Source: Ascidiella aspersa (Eukaryota). Taken from it: a stretch of 64,000 nt of DNA. Made by a program: the position numbers and the translations under genes. The notes under the pieces are model-generated. The model was not told the origin of the DNA. It did no database searches and was given only the letters and a program-made list of their open reading frames with translations. Positions 24,320 to 38,204 of the stretch are shown in pieces; the first letter of the stretch is position 1; the number at the start of each line of letters is the position of its first letter. The stretch is from positions 2,418,001-2,482,000 of the forward strand of contig OZ004610.1 of the NCBI GenBank assembly GCA_963924565.1, written 5' to 3'.

Positions 24320-25230
24320 GCTTCCTAAAGCCGTAAAACCCCGGCGGAATGTTGTCGAATGTTTGCAAAGCAGCGCGGTTTTCCTGCGGCGGAAAATACG
24401 GAAATCCTCTCGCAGTGGCCAAGGATTTTATCTTGCCTTTATGTGCGCGTTTTTTGATGCCTGATTCTGCAGTTAAGGTTGTGAACTCCGCTTTTTAAAC
24501 CTTGTCGAAAGTTTGAGGTTAAATTTAGACAGGGATCTGAATTGTTTTTTCTGCCGTAAGGATTTTGAAAAGACGAAAAAGGTTTTGAAGGTTTTTATGT
24601 TGTTTTTCTGTGCGAGTTTTTGGGAAGATTTTTACTTGAAGTGTGCAAGTCGCTTTAGTTAAGGTTTTAAACACAGCTTTTTCGAATGTTGCCGAAAGCT
24701 TGAGGTGAAGTTAAGCCTGAGTTTTTCTGTGGCGGAAAACCGAAGAAATCCACTCAAAATTGCCAAAGGCTTTAGGAGCCATAGTGTCAAAATATTACAA
24801 ATAAGCTTGAGTTTGTGATTCATGGTCGCGTAAAGCTTGTTTAGTATTTCTAAATTGAGTGTAGGTTACACAGAACGTCAAAAGTTAAACGCTCAAAGCC
24901 AGATATCATTTGGTGTGCAAAAATAGATTGTTGTAAAACCAGTACTTTGCGGTAAGTTTTATGTCGCTTCGGTGAAGGTTTTAAACCCAGCTTTTCCAAA
25001 CGTTGCCCAAGGTTTACAGTTAAGTTTAGCGTTTTTCTGTGGCGGTAAGATTTGCCGAAAGACGGAAAACTACTTGCAGTAGCCAGAACTTGAGCCGCAT
25101 TTGATCTTGACCGCTTGTTTTGACCAAGATTGTTTTTATTCTTAAACTGGTTAAGTCGCTTCAAAGGTTTAGGCTTTACGCTTTGCTCGCCAGGTGCTGC
25201 CGAGAGTTTAACTCTAAGGTTTGGCTTCGT
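24320..25230. repeat. Highly diverged tandem repeat (~5 units of 150-300 bp)
   Basis: Recurring order gtcgctt...aaggttttaaa..cagctttt..gaatgttgccgaaag.ttgagg...gtttttctgtggcgg at ~24320, ~24470, ~24650, ~24960 and ~25155. Confidence 0.55.
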
Positions 25231-25969
25231 TCCGAGAAATCAAGTTGCCGAACTCTGTCGCATTAGTCAGCCAAGCGCAAGCCAGTACGACCGGCCGGGT
25301 CTAGATCTCCACTGTTAGTTGAGTAAATTAAGTTGGAGAAGTTCAAACAGCCAAGTCGCCGATTACATTGCGATGCGAAAGCCTTTGATCGAGACTTGAG
25401 CACTTTGCAATCAAAACGAAAAAGCTGTCTGCATTTAAATCGTATAGTTTCACTTAAATGAGGTGTTCCGCTTTTAAATTATACTGAAATGAGTTATTCA
25501 AATGTGAAAAATGCAATTTTAGCCTCGGAAATACCTAGCATCAACCTCTGATCAAAACATTTGAGTAAATGTTGCAGTTTGGCCAGAAAAATTTAAACGC
25601 CTTTACAGAACTAGAAATTATTCAGTGAGGTTGAGAATAAAATAAGATCGCGCTACCTAAACTTCGGTATGGGCTGTGATATATTTTTACGCTTTCGTGG
25701 CCAAGGTTTTGAGTATAAGATAATGTTGTAGCTATTTTTTCGGCTTTACGAAACGAGAAAAGCTTTTTTCAACGTCTTAGTAAACGCAAATCTAGCGCTT
25801 CACGATTGCCGATAGATTAACGCGCCAGATGCCGATAGAGATGTCAGACATGTTTGGTGTTTGCAAAGCGGGTCACGCATACGATCTTGCGCCGTCGTTT
25901 CACGCACGTGTCTTTCTTGCATTTTTGTGCGCTATACCGTCGGTTAAAAGGGCGTTTTTTTTCCCCCAG

Positions 25970-26418
25970 CACTAGAAACAGCAGCCTCGCTGTACGTAGG
26001 ACCCTTGCAAGCTGCCTGTTTAGCAAGTTAATCTGCTCAACGTCAAACCAACTGCCTTATCGCTTCAAAACCAACTGCACACTCTGGACATCACAAGAGA
26101 ATCGGAATACGTCACAATTTGCTGGACTGTACTCTACTGGTCATCTTGGCAGTAGAAGAGAGCTGTTTCTTATCTGTTTCAAGTGGACCGCTGTGCTACG
26201 GATAGGGATGTAATGCAGTAAGTTGCATTGGATCGTGTGGCGAGTTCCGCCCAAGCATAAGGGGATTTACTTGTTTTTAACATTTCGCTCAACTCAGCAA
26301 CAAAAAAGCAGCGGCAAACGACAATCGATCACAGCCCGCACCGCGACCCATTTTTGACCGGAATTTCACCCCGAAAAAGGGGGCGGCTTGGGTTCAAAGT
26401 AACCCAACACAGGCGGGC
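25970..26418 (+). other. 5' UTR portion of the first coding exon of ADAMTS
   Basis: Begins after a polypyrimidine+CAG acceptor. Contains only two ATGs (26208, 26213), both closed almost immediately by TAA. Confidence 0.5.
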
Positions 26419-26638
26419 ATGAATGTTCCGCGAAAAATCGCGCTGCAAATGTCGGTGGTGACTTTAATCGCGCTACTCTGCCTATTTAACCTCACACGGA
26501 CGGCCTCGGGATTAAACACGGTCGACCGGAGGGACTTAACCTTGGACAGTCGTGATGACGTCATGACGTCAAAGGCCGAAGGCGCCGCTGGGCGCCAGGG
26601 GCACCACCGAGGAATTAACGCCGGGCCGGCGACAACAG
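26419..26638 (+). CDS. ADAMTS9: ADAMTS9/20-like protease, coding exon 1 (signal peptide)
   Basis: MNVPRKIALQMSVVTLIALLCLFNLTRTASG is a basic N-region plus hydrophobic core. The CAG|GTAGGA donor is phase 1, matching the exon 2 acceptor phase. Confidence 0.75.
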
Positions 26639-29600
26639 GTAGGATTTGGTTTATGGTTTTTTTATGCCTTGGTGATGAGGTAAGGATTTGGCTGGCTCCG
26701 GTGCTAGATTGGCAACTGGTCAGTCTGCACTGGAGCTGTTTTATTTGCTACTTTGACTGTAGTGTTACGTAATGTTTGATAGGTTTACCTGCGTTTTTTT
26801 ATAACTCGGGTGTTTTTCTATACCAAATGATTATTATGTAAGACGAGTGGATTATAAAAATAAAACATTTGCGTCCGTGAAAAACATCTTTATGTTTTCT
26901 CTACAAAAAAACTTTTAGATTTTTGTCTCTGTTTGATTGTAACTTTTATGCTGTTTTGAACTTTTATGGTGATAAATAAAACGTAAAAAGCGGACTTTTT
27001 GTAGACAAGGGATACTATCTCATTGTTGCAATTTTCGCTTTTGTTTGAATCACTACACTAAAATAATTTTTCCTGGGATTTAAATACGCGATAATTTATA
27101 ATTTTTCTAAAAAAATGACGTTAATAACTTAAAAATTTCACTTTTCCAATTTGATAACTGTTGGGTCCCATGGTGTTAAGTTCACGCCAGCGTGATGATA
27201 TAGACGCCCAAATATGTTTCAAAAATGGTAAACTACACCCTCGAAATATTATTGTACCAGTGTCGCCTACAGGTTATGCATTGCGCAATAAACCTGTTGG
27301 AAACGCCCAAAACGCCACGACCGGGCGATTGCTACAACTCCCGTGGTTTGTTCATATTTCGGGGAAGTGGAGGTTTTCGTTTATAAAGACAGTATTATTG
27401 AACGCGGTCGAAATGAAGAAAACGCGCTAAGAACAGACGTCGTGCTATCATGGTGTCTCTGTCTCGTATCAGAAACAGTCTAAGTCTAAGGAAACCGTTA
27501 CCAGAGTGCATTTGACCGCCCATTGTCGCCTGTTCCAAAGCCATTGTGCGAACTTGCTTGTTGCGATAATCGTAATCGAACCCGAGACAATGGCCTTTGT
27601 TGATTGTTCACTTGCAAATCAACCCCACCACTACTCCACTGCTTGTGGTAGTGGCGGTAGTGGCTACGTACGCACACCTAGATGCTCGTTTGAATTGAGT
27701 TACTACTGGTTTCCGAAAACGCCTCTTAGTCACTTTAAAAATGCGCCCAGTCCGAGTTATTCGCAACGTAAAGGTTCAAACTTCGCTTTTCATACCGATT
27801 CCTTGGTCTGCGACGATAACAAGAAAAAACGCAAATGTCGGGATAAATTTATCGGACAAACTGTATTACATTACGCGAAAGGCTTATCGATGGCCCCTAT
27901 GATGACTTGAATATCACCATATACGTCTTATACATCTGACGCTTTACCAAACGCTAATTACATCGGGCTTAGGGCGAATTTTGACCTGGCTAATGCCTCG
28001 AGCGCTAACTTAAGGCTTTCCACGTTGAATTACCAGCAGCAGTAGCTCAAAGTTTGGCGCGATTCGGACAGCAGGATGTTCGGGGCGCACCGAGTGCCTA
28101 TTACCACCTGTGAGGGCGCTTATTACAACGCCACTGATTGCTGGTGCAACGCAGCAGTGTGTCACGTCGCACTCTTTAGTTAGAAATCGCCGTGGGTTTC
28201 GTGGAGTGAAGGTTTTTTTCTGTTTTCGGCCTAGATTTCAAGTTTCTCGCGCAAAGGTTGTTCATATACATTTATTTCATGTTTTTTTCAAAATTTTAGT
28301 CAAAAACATGAACCGCCACGCACCAGAGACGGGCAAACGACTGTTTTCGCTAAATTCGCCAGTGAAATAATAAACATTTCTTTGAAGAATGGATATATTT
28401 GGCGCCGCAGACCCTTTGAAAAAAAAACCGTGGCTCTGATGCGCGACAAAGCGTGTTTGATTTCAACTTGGGGGTCCAAATTGAAATTTCAAACAATAAA
28501 AAACGTCATTCCTTATTTTTAATTCCTTCTGCTATTTAAACAAGAGCGAAGTTATAATTAGATAGAGCGTGGCAGAAAATGCGACGTTGTGAGATAATTT
28601 TGCCCCTTGATTCAAGACAGCTGATAATAATGCGTGCGTTTTTTGGTCTATACAGTATAAACATATGCACTTACACAATAAATGAGCATTCCTCCAAAGG
28701 AATAAATGAAGGTAAAACTTCAAGATTATAAAAATAAGAAAAAAATGTGATTTGCGTCCCAAGTGAGGTTTGGAAATTCGGTAAGATTAACTGATCATGA
28801 TACAAGTAGGCTACGTATAGAAACGTCTTTGTTAAGATAATGTCGATTTATTTGACTCATTTTGACCTTCATTATTAAGGAATAAATAAATGTAGAACGC
28901 CAAAGACTCTGCCTTAACTCAACTTTGAATTTTTGCAACACGAAAATAAAAATTACCGGAAAACACCAATAACTACGACATAATTCAATTACCAACTCAA
29001 AACTTCCGCAAACAGAATAAGCGCCTAAATCAAACGCGTCCAGTTGTGTAACTGTCCCCAGTCATGTCTGTGTGTACAGGGGGGGGGGTCGATGTTTGAC
29101 CAAGTTTGATGTTAAGCCGCGGTTGTCGCGAACGAAAAAAAACGCAACGCTATGGAGTCGCTACCGTGTCGTTACACTTGGATTACGGCGTGACTCGGCC
29201 AGTTTTTCGCCCCATGCCTTGTTTCTGGCTTGTAACTGCTGCCTTCGCGGTATAACAAACACTTAGAGCCACTTCCATCGGTCGTGACAATCGGTCGAGC
29301 GGAGAACCGGGCTCACCAATTGCCCACCTGGGTGAAACTGCACGCCTTTTTGACAAGCCCCTTCGCTATATGGAGGCTGTAAATCAGTAATATAAGCCAA
29401 GTTTCGTGACCAATAGCGCTAAAAGGACGAATCTTTGTAATTAAATGAAAGTGTATATAAGGGTCGCCTGTTTTAACGCATGAATTAACTGTGTTAATTG
29501 TTATACCTAATAAAAATTCTGTCTTGGAACAAAGTTTGAATGGGCAGAAAATTTAGAAAAAGTTATTTCAAGTCCGCGTGATGAAAAATATCAAACTATT

Positions 29601-30417
29601 TTACAAAAAAATTAAGTTGAAAATTTGCGAAAAGCACTTAACAGAAGAGGATATTATCAAAAGTTTGTACAAACTTATACAAACAGTCAAGTTTAACTTT
29701 GTCAAGCTGCGTTACAAATCACCACCATAAGGGGAATTTGGCCAAATAAAAATGGAAATGCGTCTTTCAACGTTTCAAAACCCGGTTTTAAGGGTCACGT
29801 GAAGGTTTTTGCAAGAGCAAACTAACGCGGCAAAAATGATTCGAACATGTTCCTTTAATAACAAAAACTTTCGTCAGCACAAAACGAATTGGCACTGTGT
29901 GGTAATATAAGAATGTACTTTTATTTAAAAAACATTTATCTAAAATCACGAAATGAATGCGGATCTGTGGTAATTTTAACATGTTCGTTAAATCAAACAA
30001 CATCTTCTTAAAATCACGAAACTATAACGAATTCTGTGGTGATTTAAGCATATAAAAAGTCCATAAAAAAAAACGAAATTATCTGAGGCGCACGGACTTT
30101 GATCACAGCCTTCGATTGAAACAAGATACAAAGCCGCCAATTGCCACGTTCACCAGAAAGCGAGGGTTCCGCAATGTTCCCCAACCGCCGGTGCGGCGTA
30201 CACAAGTGTAAATGCGGCGCGCGTTTCGGAAGTAAAACATGTTGACGCCAAACTCAGGCGACTTCGCGGTTTTGCCGATTTTGTCGTTCGACATTGCAAA
30301 GCATCCGGTAGGCACAGAAACTCAAACCGTTGAAGTGTTTCTCTCGTATTTTTTTTTAACTTCAACCTGAGAGTTTATTTGTAAACTTTAGGCAAGCTGA
30401 CTTGGTTTTGAATCGAC

Positions 30418-30560
30418 TAGATATGTCCGATAATATCGGATCGGAGCCGATACCCGATGTCAAGCAGGAATATCGGCACATGTCCGATACTATAGTGGTA
30501 TCTGTGCCGATGCGATACTAAACTATTATATGAATTTCAGCCGTGATTTGCAACTAAACA
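30418..30560. mobile_element. Partial inverted copy of the TGTCCGATA MITE
   Basis: tagatatgtccgataatatcggatcggagccgatacccgatg is essentially the reverse complement of the 10302-10344 end. Confidence 0.75.
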
Positions 30561-30826
30561 CTTTTACTATGAATTGCTTTTAAGAAAATTAAGAATTCGA
30601 AACTTAAGACTGAAGTGTGCAATTCCTCATTATTACGCCACAATGCGCATATGTGTGCTATCTATTATTTACTACGACAGCATATGTTGTTTATATTAAA
30701 TACTTATGTTTTTAGCCAAGTTGGTTCGCTGTTATTAAACTTTGCGGTTATTTTGGTCGCTATGAAAAAAGGTTGACCAAAAAACACAACGCTTTTCTTC
30801 ACCGTATCTTTTCCCAAATCACGCAG

Positions 30827-31380
30827 AAAACTCGGCTCACGGTTTTCACGATCACGAGCTCGTGATCCCGATCCGACTCCACCACGTCACGGGACATCCG
30901 GTCCACCACGGTCGTCACTTTCGGAGGAGGAGGAAAGAAGATCATCCGAAGAGAAGAAGGAGGAAAAACGAGTCCTCCTACTCCTTGGAAGAAGAAGAAG
31001 AGGAAGAAAAATCTAGGATGAAGAACCACCAGTGGCATCATCCGGGATCGGAGAGGAGGAAACGAGAGCTCCTGGACTTGATTCCGGAGCGTTTCGCCGG
31101 GGAAGAGGAGCACCAAGATCAGGAGGAATTTATCGACGACGATGAAGAGCATCTCGATCACCGCTTCGCAAATTTTAGCCTTGACGCTTTCGGGGACCGT
31201 TTCCTTTTGCACCTCACCCCCTTCGAGGACTTCCTGGCCCCCAACTACACCCTCCACTATATGGGGAACCCCCGGGAGGACGGGTTCCGGCAGAGGGACG
31301 TCCCCCGGCACTGCTTCTACTCGGGTCACGTGAACGGGAGGCCGGAACACAAGGCGGTGTTGTCCGTCTGTCGCGGTCTG
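30827..31380 (+). CDS. ADAMTS9: ADAMTS9/20-like protease, coding exon 2 (reprolysin propeptide)
   Basis: Acceptor ttttcccaaatcacgcag. Encodes HELVIPIRL...LDAFGDRFLLHLTPFEDFLAP...HCFYSGHVNG...AVLSVCRGL, typical ADAM/ADAMTS propeptide motifs. Donor CTG|GTGAGT, phase 0. Confidence 0.93.
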
Positions 31381-34300
31381 GTGAGTCATTTGTGATGTCA
31401 CACAGGCGCTCGATTGTTCGTCGCGCTTTAATCGGAACGATGATGTAGGTCAGGGTTTGTTGACCAAAAAGCGGTGAAATTTTTTGGATGGCTATAGAAA
31501 CCGAGGTTGACTTTCAAAATTGATTCACGCCACAAAATGATTTTTTTTTACGTTTTTAGAGAAAATTTAAACAAAATTCGTGGATCTGCGTTAACTTTTT
31601 AAAGGCTTTTCACTTAGTCCGCCCATCGGAGGAATTGCTTTAACTTTTTACTGCAATTGAGTAAAGTGGTATTATCGGCCCATGTCCGATACTAGGGTGG
31701 TATCGGTGCCCAAAAATTACTATAGGATCTTTAGCCGTGCTTTGCAATCTAGAGCAGCGATTCTATATAGATATAATTTAATTAAATAATATAGTAGGTT
31801 GACAACTGGAAGTAACTAAACCCATTAACGCAAAATGTCACGCATCGGACATCCCTATACTCGCTGGTTATAGAAAATGGTCAATTTGTCTCGTGAATTT
31901 GAGAAATTTAGTTTGCACGGCAGTAATAACCTCTATTTCTGTTTTAAATTGCAAAAAACTTTCGAAGCAAAGACAAGGGTCAACCAATCGTAGGGTAATA
32001 ACATTTTTTCGAAAAAATTCAACTTTAATGTGTTTATTTCGCCGTTATAATTGTGTGCTGGCATTGTATGCCGGCTAGCTCTTGGCCATTTTTACGTCGT
32101 GAGACCGTTCGCCCATATCCGCTCCCAAGTCGCTAATGATGTTGTTTGGCGGGTGGCGGCCAGTGCCAGACACAAATGGCCCCGTTTCCACTGGCCACCT
32201 CCTGAACGGCCGTCTACCTTTTTAAGCCCTTGTTACAAGTATAGGAAAAGCCCTTTTCGTTGAGCGTTTTAGCTTTAAAAAAATCGGCCGCTTTTGTGAT
32301 TTATTGCCGGCGCTAGACAATGTTTGTTGTCCCACTTTGCGCAAAGCACATCGAGTCTATGATTTTTTGTGTGAGGATGCTTTGAACAAGACTACGGCTG
32401 GCTGTCCACGGTGAAACGGGTTCCTATGTGCGAATAAAGGGTGATTTTTTCTGTGACGCAAATTCACGGCTCCGATGATTCAAAACAACTGTTTTATTTT
32501 ATAGCGTGGTCTAGCCCTCGAAACCCCAAGGCGATTTTTTTAAGGCGAGACCATTAAAAAAACATCGTCAAAATTTTAAAGATGTTTTAAAATTAAAATC
32601 CCAGTACTATTTTTTAACTAGTATATACAACTTGACAATGTTTTCCAATTTTAAAATTACCGTTTCGGTAGCAGATACTGGCTGTTTAAGACACTTGGTT
32701 GTTAAGTCGAAAAATTAACACAAAATAAGATAATAGTATTTACACTGAGAGAACTAAAATACGTGAATGTTTCGCGATTAAGAATCATCCAGGTTTAAAG
32801 CAAAAACGGGTGCACAATTTGTTTTTAAACCTGGCCGCTTTTTTTTTTTGGAGAGAATACGTAACACGACAGCATTTGATTTCAAATAGGCCTTCAAAAC
32901 ATAACCGCAAGATACTTATGGGTTAAAGTTTACCATCCCAACACTGTATCTGCCTTGTAATTCAAAATCACGCGGCCTTCCAAAAAACTACAAAGCCGCC
33001 TTATTTTGTGCAACGTTTTGCGCAACGAGAACAATGCCGCTTCTCGGCAGCATCACTGGCTACTGTAACAGAGCGTTGTCGGCACGAACAGTGGCCCATT
33101 CTTCGCCGCGACCGCATTCCGCTGTTGTGTTGGTCTGCCACTGATTCCGCAGTTGTAATAAGACTACCTTGCCGCAAACCTAACGCCGATCTCGCTCGCT
33201 TACAGCAGCGTTTTCTCAACCTTTTCTGGATGCGCTCAGCCAAGTGACTTTTTAATGGCATTGTTTATCACCTGGTTTTAAAGCTTAGATCAGGGGTTCT
33301 TAATTTTGAGTCCGTGCACACCCGTTGGGGGAACGTTGAACTGTTTTAAAGAGTCAATTAAGGCTTAATTGAAATCTTGGTGTATATTTAAAAAAAACGG
33401 TTTACTAGATAAAAAAAACGCTTTGGCGCCTTATTTTTGAATGTATTTAGTTTCACATTTTTTGGACCCAAAACAGCCGGTTTATTAAGTCTACTGGTTT
33501 TATGACGTCAATTTATGACGTAATCCATAAATAATTTATGCCGACACGTTTCAAAAATCGAAGGACAGTGGTTTAGATACAAATAGATGAAATTCAAACG
33601 TTCTAGAATCATTTTTTACAAAAATTGTTTAAGGAAGTTTGTTTCCTCAGATGTCAGCCTATTGTTATTTGATGAATTTAACTTTTAGAGTTGAAATCGA
33701 TTGACTAAATGGAAAATCATGGATAAAATCCTTAACTAAATTTACTATCTAATCGGCATCAATACCGCCCTAGTATCGGACGAACACCGATACTAAACTG
33801 AGCATCGAGTATCGGCTCCGATCCGATATTATCGGACATCACAAGCGGCACGTATGTCAACCACTACAGTTAAAAATACGTGAAGAAAGGTTCTGAATGT
33901 CTAAAGCGGTCTTCGTAAACTGGTCGATATTGTTGTGGCCTGCTCTAAAGGTTAAGGTTTTGTTGAATCGGCGAAGTTGTTATGGCTTGACACATATTGG
34001 CGGGCTGCGCAGCTATAAGGCGCACACGTTTTTTTGCCAAAACGTTTGTCTGAAACTTTTCAGCTTTGGTTGAAACGATAACACAATGAATACAAAAACA
34101 TTTTTGATTTGAAAAAATTCACTGTTTCTGTTTTCAACATTTGGGATTGCGCTTAAGTTGTGTTCAAAAGAAAATGCAATCTACTTGAAATGTTAAAAAT
34201 GGACTAAGAGACATTTGAAACGTTCAAAAATTTTGCTAACTTCTATATGGGCCATCATGCTACAATGAGTTAAATTATTGTTTCAGCTTCAAATCCCCCA

Positions 34301-37300
34301 TCCCCCCCACACACACATCCACCACAAAAAGCAAAATGTCGCGTTTTTTGTGGTTTCCGCGCGTTTTTTCGCGTGTTTGGCTTCGCACTCGGCCGAGCGC
34401 GAAATTTTTCGCCTTTCTACGCTTTCCCGCACCCACCGGGCAAAACTTTCGATTTACAAACAAGCGCGGCAGGTGAGACAATGGCACCCGTCACGCGAAT
34501 GACAATGGGGCAACGCGAGAAGGTAATTATGGGTCGCGGCCCCTACCCTTATGCAATGGACCTAACTGTGCGCTTCTCCAATATCAAACTATCATTTCAA
34601 CTTGGCGACAACCTCATCGTGGCTTTGAAGGCAAGGAAATGCAATATATTTTTAAATGGCGTCGATTTTTCGTTTAAATACGTAAAAAATTGCACACAAT
34701 GCCAACTTTAATTGTTTGGTGGGCTTTTGTGTTTATTCGAAGCCTTATACCACAGCCATGTGACGTTAACAATGCGCATTGTTTCGATTGGAATGTTTAC
34801 ACAATGCCAACAAACTTGTGTGTTGGCTTTGTTATTTCTTTGTGTCCTACTACAATGTTTAAATTGTACTTGTTGTAGAACAAGATTTAAAGTCCAAGTC
34901 AAGGTCATTGCCACAAAAGGTCATGTCTAGTCAGATCATTAACTTCCAAAAATGTTTTTATAAGTTTAGTAAATTAAAAAATAAGTTTAGTAAATTGAAA
35001 AAAGTTCAACCCAAGTTATCTGCTAAAATAGCCTAACTAAAGTCTAAGTGAACGCATTTCACCCAAAATACCAAATTCAGGTCATTTAAAAACCCAGTTA
35101 CCAGAGCGCAAAGAAAGGTCGTTTTAGTGGATCCCGGCAACGCAAAGGAAAAAGCGAACGAAATTCCGGTCAAATTTTTGCCGCCACGCCGTTATATCTC
35201 TTCGCATCGCATAACATCGCATTGGTCTCAACGCGTGCTCATCGTAAACTTGAAGGCATCATTTCCGATTCGAGCGAGCGTTCGCTGTTCGCCGTTATTT
35301 ATTTGTGTCGGACCGGACGTCTTTATTGCAACAAGGCCTCCGCGTTTTCTCTCTATCTTTGCAGTGTAGCCTTGGCACACAGCCCGCGGCTAGACGGTAC
35401 AGCACGATGAGGGAACATTTGCCACTGTACCACTGTGGCGTTTGCTTACTTACGGAACGAGATATCACCGCCGCTTGTTATCCGAACCGCGTTTTTATCA
35501 CGGCCGCTGTGCAATTTTTTTTGACTTGATAAATTCTTGTTCGCTTTTTGGGGTCCCTTTTTAGATGACGCTGCGTCTATTTTTTTGCTATTTTTGAACC
35601 TGTGTTTGTTTTTTGGTATTTTTAGTGGCCCGGTGACTATTTTGCCAATCGCTAAATATATAAAGTGTTTTTTTTAGCTGTTTTTAAATGCATTTCCTAG
35701 TTGCGTTGACAATGTAGCTCAATTTGAGCTTTGCTACCCTTTTCGACTTTTTTTTGGGGGGGGGGGGGGGGCTTTTTTGATCACGCTGCGTCGATTTTTT
35801 GCTCATTTTTAACTCGTGTTTAATTTTAGAGTTTTAAATAACGCGGCGCCGTTTTCGGCCAATTGCTGGATATACTGGATGTTTCCAACGTTTTTAGCTT
35901 GAATGCATAATTCTAGTTATATTGAAAATGCAGCCTAGTTTAAGCTTTTTTATCCTTTTTGGCTTTTTAGGACTTTTTTGAAGGAAATTTGAACCTTTAA
36001 AGTCTGTTTAGGTCGTTTTTAAACGCAAATCTTAGCTATATTGTCATTTTTGCTTAACTTGAGCATTGCCCGCCATTTTTTTGGCTGTCCGAGCACATCA
36101 TACGTAAACTACACAAGTCGCCTATGCAAAAAGCGCAATTTGTTTCTCTTGGATTTGCACAAAACAGCAAAAAGCGCATGTTTAAGAACCCAACCTGCTA
36201 AGCCGCGCAAAGACCTCGCGTTAAACGCCCTAACCCGAACCGCAGGAATTTCTGCGCCGGTGCCGAACAATGAGTTTCAGCCTTCTGAGTCGTTTCTTCT
36301 TTCCCGCACGCACCCAACCCTCGTGTACCGGAAAAATGCTTTTGGATTGAAAATGTTGGGCATAAGACTCAAGGCAAGTTTGCCATTCCGTGCTTTTTGC
36401 TCATATTTGTGCTTATTTTTGAGTGCAGTGTCTTAGTAAGAACTTGAATGCTTACTTTTAAGAAACGAGTCCGAGGTTTTAGAATTTCGAAAATGTTGGT
36501 AATAAGCACCTCAAGGCAAGGTTGCCATTCCGTGATTACTGGTAAGACTTGTGCTTTTTGTGCAGTATCTTAGAAAATACTTGAGTGCTTATTTCTAAGA
36601 AACCTGCGTATTATTGAGTTGTGCGCTTGGTTTATCTTGTTTGGTGTTAAGAATGTTTTTCCACTACAGTACTTAACTTGATACTAGGCGTAAATATGCC
36701 CATAATAAGCTATATTATTAACAACTGTATCAGTTCGATTTCTTAAATGCCTGGAGATTTGCACCTGGCCCCGCAGTTACTTTTGACACGCCCCACAAAA
36801 AAGCGCGGTGCGCGACTTATTCGTTTTGCAACATGAACATGTACAACTCAAAGTTGTGGTCGGCGACCCAAGCAAATTAAACGACGGCCCATATAGATTG
36901 AGGAAAATTGCTGCGTAGCAACTTTAGCAAGTGATTTTTTAAGTATTCAAATAAAACTTACCCCGGGATTAACTTGTTTGTTTACAGTTAATTGCCTTCT
37001 TTTTTAACAAATCCCCAAAATCTATCCAAAGCTAACTTGCCGGCTTTCTGACTTTATTGCCGGCCGCTCCTCGCCCTTACGCGATCACACAACGATTGGC
37101 GCGGTCACGACCAAGGTCCCTCCAAGCGGTGTGTAAACAAAAGGGAACCTTCGAGAAAAAATTCTCTCTATATATAAAAAGCGGTGCGTCGCTTTTATCA
37201 ATGCAAGGCCGCTCGCTTAGGTCAATACGTGGCTCTTACGCAAAAAAATGCGCGTGCGTCGCGGTTTTGACGCCTACGTACGTTTTTCGCTGCGTCAATC

Positions 37301-37689
37301 CGCTACCTTGTTAGCTCAAGATCGCCTTAATTGACAGGGGTCGGGCTTTTTTTCACTCTTTTCTCTATTTTTTTTTTTTTCTTTTTCTCTCTATCTTTCT
37401 CTCTCAAAGGACCCCGGAGACACGAGCAAAGGTCACTAGGAAAAGGCTATCGGAACGGCTTCCGTGTTTGTTACGTCACAGTGCCCACATAGAGGCCATT
37501 GTGTGCGTAGACGATCGTTTTGTGTGCGCCCGTTCGAATAGACGCGTCGCTTTTTTGTTCTGGTGTGCCGAAGACATTATATACGTACTTTCGTAAAGCC
37601 GACAAATTGATGGTTGTTGGCCAATGTTATTGCCTAAATTAGTTTAAACTTTTAATTTAACGAGCTGCCAATCATAAGGTAGTTTTTGG

Positions 37690-37850
37690 ACCATGGCGAC
37701 TATCGGTTGTTGTTAGACGTAGAAGGAATATCGAAGCCCATGCAAAAGTCGGTTGCAGTTTGTTTGAAGAATTGAAAATAATCGTAACTATAGTTAGACT
37801 TCTTCACAAAATGCTTCCTACCTATGTATGGGCTTTGATATTCTTTTTAG
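37690..37850. mobile_element. Hammerhead mini-element, diverged fold-back copy
   Basis: ggttgttgttagacgtagaaggaatatcgaagcccat ... aaaatgcttcctacctatgtatgggctttgatattc. Confidence 0.55.
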
Positions 37851-37892
37851 GTATTTTTGTTGTTCCAAACAGGTCTTTAACAAGCTTTAAGG

Positions 37893-38204
37893 CAGTGCTT
37901 CTCAACCTATGGGTCGCGACCCAAAATTGGGTGGCTGTTTGATTTGGTCGGGTCGCCGACTGCAGTAGTTCACATGTTTATATCAATTGAGATCGGTTCT
38001 GATCAAAATTTATCAATTAAGGAAATTAAGAAAGCAATACAAATAATGTCTTAAAATAATTATTAAAATTCGAAATTCTTTATTCTAATCGCTAATGCCT
38101 ATTTTTTGTTCGCTTACAAGAAAAACAATTGGGTCGCCAAAGCTTAGTTGTCATACTTAACGCTTAATATTTGGGTCGCCGCGAAAAAAGGTTAAGAAGC
38201 ACTG
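37893..38204. mobile_element. hAT-type MITE
   Basis: TIRs CAGTGCTTCTCAACCT / AGGTTAAGAAGCACTG with repeated tgggtcgc motifs. TSD ctttaagg/ctttaggg (7/8). Confidence 0.85.

Noticed and set aside
30799-31401. 200-aa minus-strand ORF (also 48669-48992 and 1732-1980)
   Set aside because: Antisense shadows of real exons.
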